A stretch of DNA of 64,000 bases from Candidatus Daviesbacteria bacterium (GTDB taxonomy: Bacteria; Patescibacteriota; Microgenomatia; Daviesbacterales; UBA10151). The notes beneath the pieces were generated by a model. The model was not told the origin of the DNA. It saw only the letters and a program-made list of their open reading frames with translations, and did no database searches. The stretch lies in contig JACOXG010000012.1 of NCBI GenBank assembly GCA_016176405.1, positions 2,217 to 66,216 on the forward strand, written 5' to 3'. The position numbers were made by a program, and so were the translations under genes. Position 1 is the first letter of the stretch. Every line of letters begins with the position of its first letter. Positions 31,502 through 41,717 of the stretch are shown in pieces.

Positions 31502-32713
31502 ATGCAAAAAGGTTTCACGCAAATTATTTTTATTATAATAATTCTCCTTGCTTCTGGTGGTATTGTTGTTGGATCATATCTGATTAAAAATAATTTAAAG
31601 AATGTTTCTTCTAATAGTGCTAAAAATGTTGAGTTCAATCACCAACAAACTTCCCAGAAAACTCCAGAAAGAATTGATTTTGATAGTTCTTGTTTTCCCC
31701 AAGATATTTATAAGGATAAAGCTGTTTGTATAGATGAGGCAGGACAAGTTAATTTATTAGAATTACCTTCTATGAAGAAGACCCAAATTACTAATGTTAC
31801 TTCAAGGAAATATTTTGCTCAAATTGAAGGAAATTATATAGCCTGGTTAGATGAACGAGCACAAGTTGTAGGTAGTACATCAACTAGAAATGGAGTTAGT
31901 GGTCCAGTTCGACAAGATAGAATAGGACAAGATATCTTTCTATATAATTTAACAACTAAAGAAGAAAAGAAAATAACTACCACACCCGCAACAAGAACTG
32001 AACTTCAACTAAATGAAAACTATATTGTCTGGACTGAACAAAGAGGCGATATAACTTTAGAGAACTATAGAAAGAATGAAATTCACATCTTTGATATTTC
32101 ACTATCAAAAGAGATTTTTTCTTCTACAGTAAGTAGCACTAAAAAACAGTTGCGTTTATGGAAAGATAAACTGGTGTGGGCTGATAGTAGGAATGGAAAA
32201 GATACTGGTTGTGATAATTGTGCAAACAATAGATTTGATATTTATTTATATGATTTTAAAACTGGTCAGGAAAAAATTTTAGTAGAAGGTCCTTATCTTA
32301 AAATAGATCCTGATATAGAAGAAAATAGCTTAGTATGGATAGATTACAGAAACAAAATGTCAGATGTTTACTTAATGGATATTTCTACTGGTAAGGAAAA
32401 GCAAATTACTAATGCTAATGACAATGAGGTGAATTCACGAATAGAAAATGGTAGGGTATTTTGGTCTGTCAGATGGGCATGTGATGTTGGGCCCATTAAA
32501 ATTGCCACTGGATCGGGGTCACAAATAAAATCCCCCAGCTCCCAATTTGGCGATTTGGATACTGGTGTATATGTTTATAATTTGTCTACTCAAGAGAAAA
32601 AGAAACTGACAGATTATGTAGAACCATCATTTATAGTTTCTGGTAACTTAGTGGTTATTGGGGAAGGTTGTCATGGTGTTAAGCCCAAAGTTTATGGAAT
32701 ATATGTAGATTAA
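31502..32713 (+). CDS. Exported beta-propeller-repeat protein with class III (pilin-like) signal
   Basis: MQKGF plus hydrophobic helix; repeated VW.D.R...DIYLYD..T..E..IT blades. Confidence 0.75.
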   Translation: MQKGFTQIIFIIIILLASGGIVVGSYLIKNNLKNVSSNSAKNVEFNHQQTSQKTPERIDFDSSCFPQDIYKDKAVCIDEAGQVNLLELPSMKKTQITNVTSRKYFAQIEGNYIAWLDERAQVVGSTSTRNGVSGPVRQDRIGQDIFLYNLTTKEEKKITTTPATRTELQLNENYIVWTEQRGDITLENYRKNEIHIFDISLSKEIFSSTVSSTKKQLRLWKDKLVWADSRNGKDTGCDNCANNRFDIYLYDFKTGQEKILVEGPYLKIDPDIEENSLVWIDYRNKMSDVYLMDISTGKEKQITNANDNEVNSRIENGRVFWSVRWACDVGPIKIATGSGSQIKSPSSQFGDLDTGVYVYNLSTQEKKKLTDYVEPSFIVSGNLVVIGEGCHGVKPKVYGIYVD

Positions 32714-32822
32714 ACTTCGTTCAGTTGACCTTTTTAAAAAAATCCGACTCACATTAGGTTAAATTGGCTATTTATTTTCAGATGGAATTATATTTTCCCT
32801 GATGATAAAATACCACAAGTTA

Positions 32823-32894
32823 CGGGGATTAGTTCATCGGTAGAACGCTCGTATGGGGTACGAGAAGTAAAGAGTTCAATTCTCTTATCCCCGA
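32823..32894 (+). tRNA. tRNA-Pro(GGG), CCA not encoded
   Basis: Cloverleaf: CGGGGAT/ATCCCCG acceptor, CTCGT/ACGAG anticodon stem with GGG, TTCAATT T-loop. Confidence 0.95.
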
Positions 32895-32982
32895 CTATAG
32901 GATCTTAAGAGGATAATTCTCTACCCTATCTTTATAACTTATGATGTATGGATACATCCAAACAAGAAGCTATTTTGGGGTA

Positions 32983-33011
32983 TTGACATTCGGTAAATAT
33001 ATGGTTATAAC
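32983..33011 (+). promoter_or_regulatory. recA promoter (leaderless transcript predicted)
   Basis: TTGACA-17-TATAAC, 6 nt before ATG. Confidence 0.75.
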
Positions 33012-33017
33012 ACTTGT

Positions 33018-34079
33018 ATGGTTCAAGATAATGGTGATGCAAAAAAGGCAGCAATCTCCGCAGCTTTAGCTCAAATTCAAAAACAATATGGTATGGGTTC
33101 AATCATGAGGCTGGGTGAGAGAACAGAGAAACTAACTATGCAGGTTATTCCTACAGGTTCCATAGCCTTGGATCTTGCTTTAGGAGTTGGGGGTCTGCCC
33201 AAAGGTAGAATTGTAGAAATTTTTGGCCCTGAGGCATCAGGGAAAACCACAGTTTGTCTTCATATTATTGCTGAGGCTCAAAAAAAAGGAGGAGTGGCAG
33301 CCTTTATTGATGCAGAACATGCCCTAGATCCCCAAAGAGCTCAAAAAATAGGAGTTAATTTAGATGATTTACTTATTTCTCAACCAGATACCGGCGAGCA
33401 AGCATTAGAGATTGCTGAAGCTTTGATTAGATCAGGAGGAATTGATGTTTTGGTAATAGATTCGGTGGCAGCTTTAGTACCAAGGGCGGAACTGGAAGGT
33501 GAGATGGGAGATGCTGTTATGGGAATGCAAGCAAGGCTTATGTCTCAAGCTTTACGTAAGTTAACAGGTGCAGTTTCCAATACTAACACGATTATTATTT
33601 TTACCAATCAGCTCAGACAAAAAATTGGAGTGATGTTTGGAAATCCAGAGACTACTCCCGGTGGATTGGCCCTAAAGTTTTATACTTCCATCAGATTAGA
33701 TATTAGAAAAATTGAAAATATTAAGTCAGCGGACATAGTCGTTGGGTCAAGACACAGAGTAAAAGTTGTTAAAAATAAAGTTGCTCCCCCATTTAGAATT
33801 GCTGAGTTTGATATGGACAATCAAGGTATTTCTCACGAAGGAGAACTGTTGGATGTAGGGATTGAACTGGGGATTATCCAAAAGAGCGGAGCATTTTTAA
33901 AGTGGAATGATGTCATGTTAGGGCAAGGTAGAGCTGCAGCTATAGAATATCTGAAGACCAATAAAAAAGATGCCCTGGCTTTGGAAAAAGAAATCAGAAA
34001 CTCCTGGGGAAAAGAGAAAAAATCTGATATGGTGGTGGGTCAAGAAGAAGACGCAGGAGCAATTCAAGAAGCAGTTTAG
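33018..34079 (+). CDS. recA: Recombinase A
   Basis: [30 protein letters not shown]. Confidence 0.99.
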   Translation: MVQDNGDAKKAAISAALAQIQKQYGMGSIMRLGERTEKLTMQVIPTGSIALDLALGVGGLPKGRIVEIFGPEASGKTTVCLHIIAEAQKKGGVAAFIDAEHALDPQRAQKIGVNLDDLLISQPDTGEQALEIAEALIRSGGIDVLVIDSVAALVPRAELEGEMGDAVMGMQARLMSQALRKLTGAVSNTNTIIIFTNQLRQKIGVMFGNPETTPGGLALKFYTSIRLDIRKIENIKSADIVVGSRHRVKVVKNKVAPPFRIAEFDMDNQGISHEGELLDVGIELGIIQKSGAFLKWNDVMLGQGRAAAIEYLKTNKKDALALEKEIRNSWGKEKKSDMVVGQEEDAGAIQEAV

Positions 34080-34096
34080 TTTATGTAACTTTTTAG

Positions 34097-34774
34097 ATGC
34101 CCAAAATTACCTCAGTTGAACCTCAGAAAAAAACCCTTAGACTTCGCTCAGGGCAAGGTCCGCACAGATTTAATATTTTTTTAGATGGAGTGTTTGCTTT
34201 TGGGGCAGATGAGGATTTGGTGGTAGAAAATAGGTTAGTGGAGGGAAAATTACTTGACACATCCGATGTGGAACAGCTGTTATTTGAGGCAGAGGTAGGA
34301 AAATTGATGGAGAAGATGTATGGACTTTTTAATATCAGACAAAGATCTGAAAGAGAAGTCAGGAATTATTTTAGAGTCAAGAATCTAGAATCTAGAATCA
34401 AGGGTAAAGAAGAAATAAGCGATTTAGCAATTGAGTTAGTTATTAAAAAGTTAAAACAAAAAAATCTAATAAATGATGAGGAATTTGCCAAAGCTTGGGT
34501 AGAATCAAGATCCAGAAAGTATGGCATAAATAGAATAAAACAGGAACTTTTTCAAAAAGGGATTAATAGAGAAATTATAGAGGAAGTGACTAGAGTCGAG
34601 AGTCTAGAGTCTAGTGAAGAAGTGGCCCAACAACTTTTGGAAAAGAAGATGAGAGTATGGAAAGATTTACCAATTTTAGAATTTAAAAAGAAAGCTTATG
34701 AGTTTTTAATGAGAAGGGGTTTTGAGTTTGAAGTAGTTAAGGCTGTTGTTGAAAAATATCTTAAAAAAGAGTAA
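34097..34774 (+). CDS. recX: RecX family regulator (with repeat-derived insertions)
   Basis: RSEREVR, NDEEFAKAWV, IKQELFQKGI, LMRRGF; follows recA. Confidence 0.9.
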   Translation: MPKITSVEPQKKTLRLRSGQGPHRFNIFLDGVFAFGADEDLVVENRLVEGKLLDTSDVEQLLFEAEVGKLMEKMYGLFNIRQRSEREVRNYFRVKNLESRIKGKEEISDLAIELVIKKLKQKNLINDEEFAKAWVESRSRKYGINRIKQELFQKGINREIIEEVTRVESLESSEEVAQQLLEKKMRVWKDLPILEFKKKAYEFLMRRGFEFEVVKAVVEKYLKKE

Positions 34775-34887
34775 AATATTTATAGAGAATCACAAAAAGA
34801 GTGAGCGAAATTATGAAGAAACTATTCTTCCAAATTAAACTTTCTCCCAGCTTCGAGTAATCGAAGTTTTTTCTGATTCTCCAAAAA

Positions 34888-36235
34888 ATGGCACAGCACT
34901 CATTTGGTCCTAAAAATTTTGGTTCCCAACCCAGCCAGTCTTCCAGTGGAGATTTCTCAAGTAGTGAAGCAGAACTTGCCAAAAGAGAGGGAATTTTAGA
35001 GGAAAGAGAAAGGCAAATTTCAGAAAAACAAAAGCTAGTTGATGAAAAGTTGGAACAACTGGAAAAGACAAGAAAAGATTTAGTTGCAAAATTAGAAAAG
35101 TCTGCCAAGATGTCTTCTGATGATGCAGGTAAGATTCTTTTAGAACAAGTAGAAAAAGATTTAGCAGTTGAAATATCTAAAAAGATTACAGAGGCAGAAG
35201 AGGAGATAAAAGTTACTGTAGCTGAGAAAAGTAAGGAAATATTGGCAGATGCAATAGTACACGGATTTACAGACTATATTTCAGAATTTACCACCTCCAG
35301 AATAAATTTACCTGATGAAGAAGTGAAAGGGAGAATTATTGGTAAAGAAGGTAGAAATATTAGGACATTTGAACAAGCCACTGGGGTGGATGTCATTATG
35401 GATGATGAAATTCCCAACAGTTTAATTTTATCATCTTTTGATTCTGTCAGAAGAGAGATTGCCAAAGTTTCTTTGGAAAGACTTATGCTTGATGGTAGGA
35501 TTCAGCCACAAAGAATTGAGGAAATTGTTAAAAAAACCGAGGAAGATTTTGAAAAATTGATGCTGGAAGCAGGAGAAAAACTTTGTCGGGATGCAGGAGT
35601 GTTTAATCTGCCGGCAGAATTGGTTCAGATTTTAGGCAGATTCAAATATAGATTTTCCTTTGGGCAAAACTTAATTCAACATACACTGGAGGAAACCAGA
35701 ATTGGAGTGGCTTTAGCAAAAAATGATTGGAGCAGATGCTAATATTGTTCGTTTAGGGTGTTTATTACATGATGTTGGTAAAGTGGTCACTGAAGGTGAT
35801 GAGGGCACACATGTAGAAAAGGGTGTGCAAATTGCCAAAAAATTTAAGATGCCGGAGGAGGTTGTTAATTGTATTGCCGAACATCATGAAGATAAACCAT
35901 TCTCTTCTGTTGAGTCAGTTTTAGTATATGTGGCAGATGCTATTTCCGGTGGCAGACCTGGAGCCAGACATGAAAATGTGGAGGATTACATAAAGCGGTT
36001 GGATGACATAGAAAAAATTGCCACCTCTTTTGAGGGAGTGGATAGGGCTTTTGCAGTTCAAGCCGGTAGAGAAGTTAGAGTGATAGTGACACCTGAGAGA
36101 ATCTCTGATGATGAGTTGCCAAAATTAGTTCATGATATTGGGGAGCGGATTTCTAAAGAAGTGATGGTACCGGGAGCTGTTAAAATTACAGCGGTCAGAG
36201 AAACCAGAGCCACAGAGACAGTCATGAGCCAGTAA
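34888..36235 (+). pseudogene. rny: Ribonuclease Y, frameshifted at the A6 run 35718-35723 (possible sequencing error)
   Basis: KH motif GRIIGKEGRNIR in ORF1; LLHDVGK, ADAISGGRPGAR, QAGREVRV in ORF2; deleting one A gives ...ALAKMIGADAN. Confidence 0.85.
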
Positions 36236-36293
36236 AAAAGCAAAATGCGAAATGGGTCTTTACAAAAGCCTAAACTTCTGCTAAGTTGGTTTC

Positions 36294-36566
36294 ATGACTA
36301 AAAACGAGTTGATAGAAAAGGTTGCTAAGAAAGCTAATTTAACCAAAAGAGCCTCAGCTGATGCAGTTAATTCTACATTTAATTTAATCAGGGATGGATT
36401 AATTAGAGGAGAAAAAGTAGTTATAACAGGTTTTGGGACCTTCTTAATAAGATCTAGAGCAGCAAGAAGAGGTAGAAATCCACAAACCGGAGAAACAATC
36501 CAAATCCCTAATAAAAAAACTCCAGGTTTCACAGCAGGTAAAACCCTTAAAAGATTAATTAAGTAA
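36294..36566 (+). CDS. hup: HU DNA-binding protein
   Basis: GFGTF, RRGRNPQTGE, FTAGKTLK. Confidence 0.97.
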   Translation: MTKNELIEKVAKKANLTKRASADAVNSTFNLIRDGLIRGEKVVITGFGTFLIRSRAARRGRNPQTGETIQIPNKKTPGFTAGKTLKRLIK

Positions 36567-36598
36567 TCTCCAATAATAGTTTGTGATATATTTATTAT

Positions 36599-36850
36599 AT
36601 GAGCAAAAAAGCTTTTATAATTATTTTAATTTTAAGTGTGGTGGTAACATATGGAGCATCATTGCTAGATGCATTGATGGGTAACACTCTGCTTGCAGGT
36701 GAGTCTGGAATTCCATTTAAATACAGCAGGAGCACTTTATTTGGAAGGGGAAGTATAAACTATACGATGATGTTACTAAATATAGCATTCTGGTCTGTGG
36801 TTATTTGGGGAGCTTGGAAAGTTTTACAGAAGGTTATATCTAGAAGATAA
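36599..36850 (+). CDS. Small membrane protein
   Basis: Two hydrophobic segments flanking a GIPF motif; -10 box upstream. Confidence 0.65.
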   Translation: MSKKAFIIILILSVVVTYGASLLDALMGNTLLAGESGIPFKYSRSTLFGRGSINYTMMLLNIAFWSVVIWGAWKVLQKVISRR

Positions 36851-39433
36851 TTAGTTACTATCACTTTGATCATGAGGAACAATAACTTCTTGGGTAGATA
36901 GCGAGGTATTTCCTGCTAAATCTGTAACTAATATTTTTATTATATATTTTCTTCCATCTTTATCCCCTCCTTTTCTTGATGCCTCTAACTGAATAATCTG
37001 ATTAATATTTGTTTGATTTAAAATTGTAACCTCAGGTTCTACTAAGTTATATTCATCATCAACAATAATTTTTGTTAAATATGGATTCTCATCATTAATA
37101 TTACCGGTTACATTAACATCAACCAGCTTCCCATTAGGTGGCCAGATAGTTTTAGGAGTTACATCAAATGAGATATCCGGAGGAGTATGGTCATAATTTG
37201 CATTTCCTTCTAAAATACTGAAATTATTTACATTAAAATCAATTATTCCATCTCCATTTTCATCAACCTCTATAATTGGTGATTGAGTTGATCCCGTATC
37301 AAAAGTTGTTTCTGCTTTTGTATCATTTGTTAAAGGCACCTCTTTATATAAAATAGTTTGAGTAATTTCATCATTTTCATATTTTCTAATTTTAAAATCA
37401 AAACTACCCTCTCCGGTTGCATTAAATTTAATAGTATAAACACCATCCTCTGGAAGAAAGGTAAATTTGGCATCATCTAAAGTATTATAAGAACTGCCAG
37501 GAATATTGGTTTCAAAATGTCCATCTTCTGTTGGCCCAGTATGATTACCACCTTCATCATATACATGAAGATTCACTGGTGAATGGACAGATAAAATATG
37601 GCCTCTCAATTTGCAGGGTTGATTGTAAGTTCCCTCAGGAAGTTGATTATTCCCATCCAAAATATTTTTAGTCAAATTTAAAGCCGGACCATCAGATACT
37701 AATCCACCATGCTCAGAATTCGCATAATATATTTTGGCATCGCCTAAAAGTGACAAGTTCTTGTGAGTATCAACAAGTGAAGCACTCAATAATGGTACAG
37801 TTCCATCTCCATTGATATTAATTTCATCTTTATAAATCCTATTGCCATTAAAACTACTAACAGTTTTTTCAACAATTTGACCTAAAGTTTCAATACCACA
37901 CCCTGCAATAACAGTAATATCCACCCCATTTGTACTTAAAAGAGAGTTATCCAAATTATGAAAGGTTTCACTAGGCATAAAAAGAGAAGTATTATGCCCG
38001 AAATTTGTAAGAAGACTTTTAATTTCACCATAATTTAAAGATCCTTTTTCAGTTCTGTAAGGATAGGGATGAAAGTTATCTTCATCTGAATAGAAATTAA
38101 AATATTCTTGGGATGGAGCTAATTCATAACCACCAATCATATTCTGAATAACATCCTTCACTTCAGAATTAGCTAGGCCAATACAGACTGGTAGGTTTTT
38201 GAATTCAGGTTTAGTAAAACATCCTCCATATCTCAAGAATTTTAAAAATTCTACTGCCCCTAAATGAGGAGTTCCTAAGGTGAATAATTTTCTGACATTT
38301 TGGGCTCTATCTATATCTGCTATATAATTTCTGGCAACTAGTCCTCCCATGGAATGAGAGACTATATCTACCTTTTCTGCTCCTGTTTGAGATTTTATTT
38401 CACTGATCTTTTGGTCTAAAAGAGAAGCTGTTAAAGAAATATCTTTTCTCCAGTCATATGGAAAGACGAATAAATCTTGGTTTAAGCTATAACCATTGGT
38501 AGTAAAAAAATCTATCATTGGCTGATATGCCCCCGCATATAAACTTCCAGTAGTTTCAATATTTGCTTCCGAATTTATTCCATCTGTTTTCATCCTTAAC
38601 ACATCAAAATAATCATCATCCCCCGGGTTTCCTGCTTCTCCTTCATTAACCCAAACTTTTTCGTCCTTTGCATATGCCCTGGTATATACTCCACCATGCC
38701 CATCCTCTTTGGACCAAAAAGTATCTTCTGCAACTTTAAACTCTGATCCACCTATTCCCGGAATTAAAATTAAGGGGGTTTTTAAAGATTTTACCCTAAC
38801 ATAATCCACATTAAATTTAGTCCAATCACCTGCAGGCACTGTTACATAATTACCCATCCAAATATATTTAACTTTAGTTTCAGTATCCTCTGAGGTAAAA
38901 ACTAAAACATCATCTAAATAAACCAAATATTTTAACCCCCTCCTATCTACTTTAAAGACATGACTATCTAAATTAATAGGGATAGTAAAAATAATTTGGC
39001 CAAAATATTCCAGCCTCATATTAGTTAAAAACAGGTCCTGCCAGACATTAATCCGAATCAGCTCCGGAGCAGTGGGGTCTTGGATGGGATCTTTATCAGT
39101 TAAAGCTATCCCCGTACCATAACCTGTGATTTGGGTATATTGAAATTTAATATCTGTTACCCAATCACCATTTGGAAAAACTTGACTGTTGGAAATGACA
39201 AAGGGGAATTTATCAGCAGTTACCTGAGATAGAATTAAATTTCCTCCAGTTTCTTGTATGGTAGTTATCCCAGAAGAATTATTTGGATAAACATTCCATT
39301 TATTAGTATCCAAAGTATTTGCCGCTCTTTCTTGATTAAATTCCTCCTGAAAATAGTATTCCTCTGCAAAGATAGGACTATTGAAAGATAGAAAAACTAT
39401 AGACCATGTAAGTGTAGAAATGATTAATCTCAT
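36851..39433 (-). CDS. Secreted multidomain lipase/LCAT-like alpha/beta hydrolase
   Basis: Signal peptide MRLIIS...IFA; LIPGIGGS, PYDWR, SHSMGG, GDGTVP; beta-rich N- and C-terminal domains. Confidence 0.85.
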   Translation of the reverse strand: MRLIISTLTWSIVFLSFNSPIFAEEYYFQEEFNQERAANTLDTNKWNVYPNNSSGITTIQETGGNLILSQVTADKFPFVISNSQVFPNGDWVTDIKFQYTQITGYGTGIALTDKDPIQDPTAPELIRINVWQDLFLTNMRLEYFGQIIFTIPINLDSHVFKVDRRGLKYLVYLDDVLVFTSEDTETKVKYIWMGNYVTVPAGDWTKFNVDYVRVKSLKTPLILIPGIGGSEFKVAEDTFWSKEDGHGGVYTRAYAKDEKVWVNEGEAGNPGDDDYFDVLRMKTDGINSEANIETTGSLYAGAYQPMIDFFTTNGYSLNQDLFVFPYDWRKDISLTASLLDQKISEIKSQTGAEKVDIVSHSMGGLVARNYIADIDRAQNVRKLFTLGTPHLGAVEFLKFLRYGGCFTKPEFKNLPVCIGLANSEVKDVIQNMIGGYELAPSQEYFNFYSDEDNFHPYPYRTEKGSLNYGEIKSLLTNFGHNTSLFMPSETFHNLDNSLLSTNGVDITVIAGCGIETLGQIVEKTVSSFNGNRIYKDEININGDGTVPLLSASLVDTHKNLSLLGDAKIYYANSEHGGLVSDGPALNLTKNILDGNNQLPEGTYNQPCKLRGHILSVHSPVNLHVYDEGGNHTGPTEDGHFETNIPGSSYNTLDDAKFTFLPEDGVYTIKFNATGEGSFDFKIRKYENDEITQTILYKEVPLTNDTKAETTFDTGSTQSPIIEVDENGDGIIDFNVNNFSILEGNANYDHTPPDISFDVTPKTIWPPNGKLVDVNVTGNINDENPYLTKIIVDDEYNLVEPEVTILNQTNINQIIQLEASRKGGDKDGRKYIIKILVTDLAGNTSLSTQEVIVPHDQSDSN

Positions 39434-39503
39434 AGTGATCACGTAAGTGCTTATATTAGAATGACATTTAGATAAAGTCAAGTTGATGTGTTACTATTTC
39501 CCT

Positions 39504-40484
39504 ATGGCTGTTATCTTAGTTAAAAATTTAAAAAAATATTACCGGGTTAATCAAAAAGAGCCAGGGCTCTGGGGATCAATCAAATCTTTAATTGCCAGAA
39601 AATATTACGATGTCAAAGCAGTTAATGGGATTTCTTTTGAAATTAAAGAGGGGGAACTGGTGGGTTTTATTGGACCAAATGGGGCTGGTAAAACTACCAC
39701 CTTAAAAGTTTTATCAGGACTTCTCTATCCCACATCAGGTAGTGTGAGAGTTTTAGGATATGAACCATTTAAGCGTCAAAGTATTCTTCAAAAACAATTT
39801 TCTCTAATTATGGGACAAAAAAATCAACTCTGGTGGGATTTACCGCCTTTGGAAAGTTTTCTACTTAATAAAGAAATCTATGAAATAGAAGATAGTCAGT
39901 TTAAAAAAAAAGTCAATGAACTTTCTGAAATGTTGGAAGTTTCGGATATTTTAAAAATCCAAGTGAGAAAATTATCTTTAGGACAAAGAATGAAATGTGA
40001 ATTGATTGCTGCTTTGCTTCACTCACCAAAGGTTTTATTTTTGGATGAACCAACCATTGGACTGGATGTGGTGGCTCAAAAAACTATGAGGGATTTTATC
40101 AAAGAATATAATAAAAAATTTAAGGCCACCATAATTTTGACTTCTCATTATATGGGTGATGTTAAAGAATTGTGTAAAAGAGTGATTATCATCAATCAGG
40201 GAAAGATTGTCTATGATGGACTTTTGGAAAAAATAGTTAACAGGTTTGCTCCTTTTAAAGTCATCAGTATTGATTTTGAAAAAATGGCAGAAAAAGAGGA
40301 ATTGGCAGAATTTGGTAAATTAGATGAGTTTGATGGGATTCATGCCAAGATTCAAGTTAATAAAGATGAAGTTCCTGATAAGACTTCCAGATTGCTGTCT
40401 AAGTTTGAGGTGGCAGATCTAACTATAGAAGATCCCTCGATTGAAAGTATTATTAGAGAAGTTTTTAGTAATGGGAGGGTGTGA
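39504..40484 (+). CDS. ABC-2 exporter ATP-binding protein
   Basis: GPNGAGKTT, LSLGQRM, FLDEPT. Confidence 0.95.
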   Translation: MAVILVKNLKKYYRVNQKEPGLWGSIKSLIARKYYDVKAVNGISFEIKEGELVGFIGPNGAGKTTTLKVLSGLLYPTSGSVRVLGYEPFKRQSILQKQFSLIMGQKNQLWWDLPPLESFLLNKEIYEIEDSQFKKKVNELSEMLEVSDILKIQVRKLSLGQRMKCELIAALLHSPKVLFLDEPTIGLDVVAQKTMRDFIKEYNKKFKATIILTSHYMGDVKELCKRVIIINQGKIVYDGLLEKIVNRFAPFKVISIDFEKMAEKEELAEFGKLDEFDGIHAKIQVNKDEVPDKTSRLLSKFEVADLTIEDPSIESIIREVFSNGRV

Positions 40485-40515
40485 TAATATTGTATCCATA
40501 CATAGGATTAATAGC

Positions 40516-40660
40516 TTATAACCGCTTCGCCAAAACCCCGCTTCTTTAGAGCGGGGATGAAGGCGAAGTAGGTTACACACTTTTGCGATTAATGAGCTGC
40601 GAAGCGGATGTAAACTTAAGATGAAAGAAAACCGCGGCTTTTCAAGCCGCGGAAGTTTAT
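40516..40660 (+). mobile_element. Non-autonomous IS200/IS605-like miniature element
   Basis: Left-end-like hairpin CCCCGCT/AGCGGGG inside CTTCGCC/GGCGAAG; right-end-like hairpin CCGCGGCTT/AAGCCGCGG; TTAT at both boundaries; no ORF. Confidence 0.6.
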
Positions 40661-40925
40661 GAGTAAACCAACCAGAGATAAAAATATTCAAATACCTGCT
40701 GACATTTTAAAAGATCTCTTGACTGTTTCAGAATGGCGCATGTTAAAAAATCGTTTCCAAATAATGAATCTTTTAGAGGAAGGGTTACCAATTAGGAAGG
40801 TGGCGGAAAAAGTCAGGGTGGGAACTGATACTGTAGTCAGAGTTGCCAGAATGGTCAAAACTTCTCCCAAAGTCAAAAGAATTAAAACTTCAACTCCCTG
40901 GATCTTTGGTAAATCCGATGAGTAG
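40659..40925 (+). CDS. Second TrpR-like HTH protein
   Basis: DLLTVSEWRMLKNR...PIRKVAEKVRVGTDTVVRVAR. Confidence 0.8.
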   Translation: MSKPTRDKNIQIPADILKDLLTVSEWRMLKNRFQIMNLLEEGLPIRKVAEKVRVGTDTVVRVARMVKTSPKVKRIKTSTPWIFGKSDE

Positions 40926-41715
40926 TAAATATTGGGCTGTTTTTAAAATTTCTTGGGAAAATGGTTTGGTCTATAGATTAAATTTTACTCTTTGGAGGGT
41001 CAGATCAGTACTTCAACTTTTATTGGTTTATTTTATCTGGTGGACAGTGTTTCAAACTCAGGATCAGATTTTTAACTATACTAAAGTTTCTATTTTAACT
41101 TATGTGATGGTGGCTTCTTTAATTAGGGCCATTATCTTATCATCAAGAGCAGTTGACGTTTCAGCTCAAATCAATGATGGTTCAATTGTTAACTTTCTGG
41201 TTAAACCGTTAGGCTTTATTAAATATTATTTTGCTAGAGATTTAGCTGATAAATTACTCAATATTTCTTTTGTAATTTTTGAGATCATACTACTGGTTAT
41301 AATTCTCAAACCACCCCTACTCATACAGCAAAATTTTGAAATTTTGCTATTCTTTACTTTAGCAACTATCTTAGGTTTATTTTTATATTTTGCCATGGCT
41401 TTTTGTATTGGCATGCTGGCCTTTTGGGTGGAGAATGCCTGGGGTCCGCTATTTTTGGTGACGATCATTTTAGAGGGATTTGGTGGGGGACTTTTTCCAA
41501 TCGATATTTTACCCAAAAATATTTATGATTATGTCATGTTGACTCCCTTCCCCTATTTAATTTATTTTCCCGCTAAATTATATTTGGGAAACTTACCTAC
41601 CATGGAAATTTTTAAAGGTTTCATCATTTTAATTAGTTGGGTTTTTATTGGTTGGTATTTAATGATGGCCATATTACAGCAAGGATTAAAAAGGTATACA
41701 GCCTTTGGGTATTAG
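40918..41715 (+). CDS. ABC-2 family permease
   Basis: YRLNF, INDGS..FLVKP, FPIDILP. Confidence 0.9.
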   Translation: MSSKYWAVFKISWENGLVYRLNFTLWRVRSVLQLLLVYFIWWTVFQTQDQIFNYTKVSILTYVMVASLIRAIILSSRAVDVSAQINDGSIVNFLVKPLGFIKYYFARDLADKLLNISFVIFEIILLVIILKPPLLIQQNFEILLFFTLATILGLFLYFAMAFCIGMLAFWVENAWGPLFLVTIILEGFGGGLFPIDILPKNIYDYVMLTPFPYLIYFPAKLYLGNLPTMEIFKGFIILISWVFIGWYLMMAILQQGLKRYTAFGY

Positions 41716-41717
41716 AA

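Noticed and set aside
40419-40691. 90-aa minus-strand ORF
   Set aside because: Spurious translation of the IS605-like hairpin element
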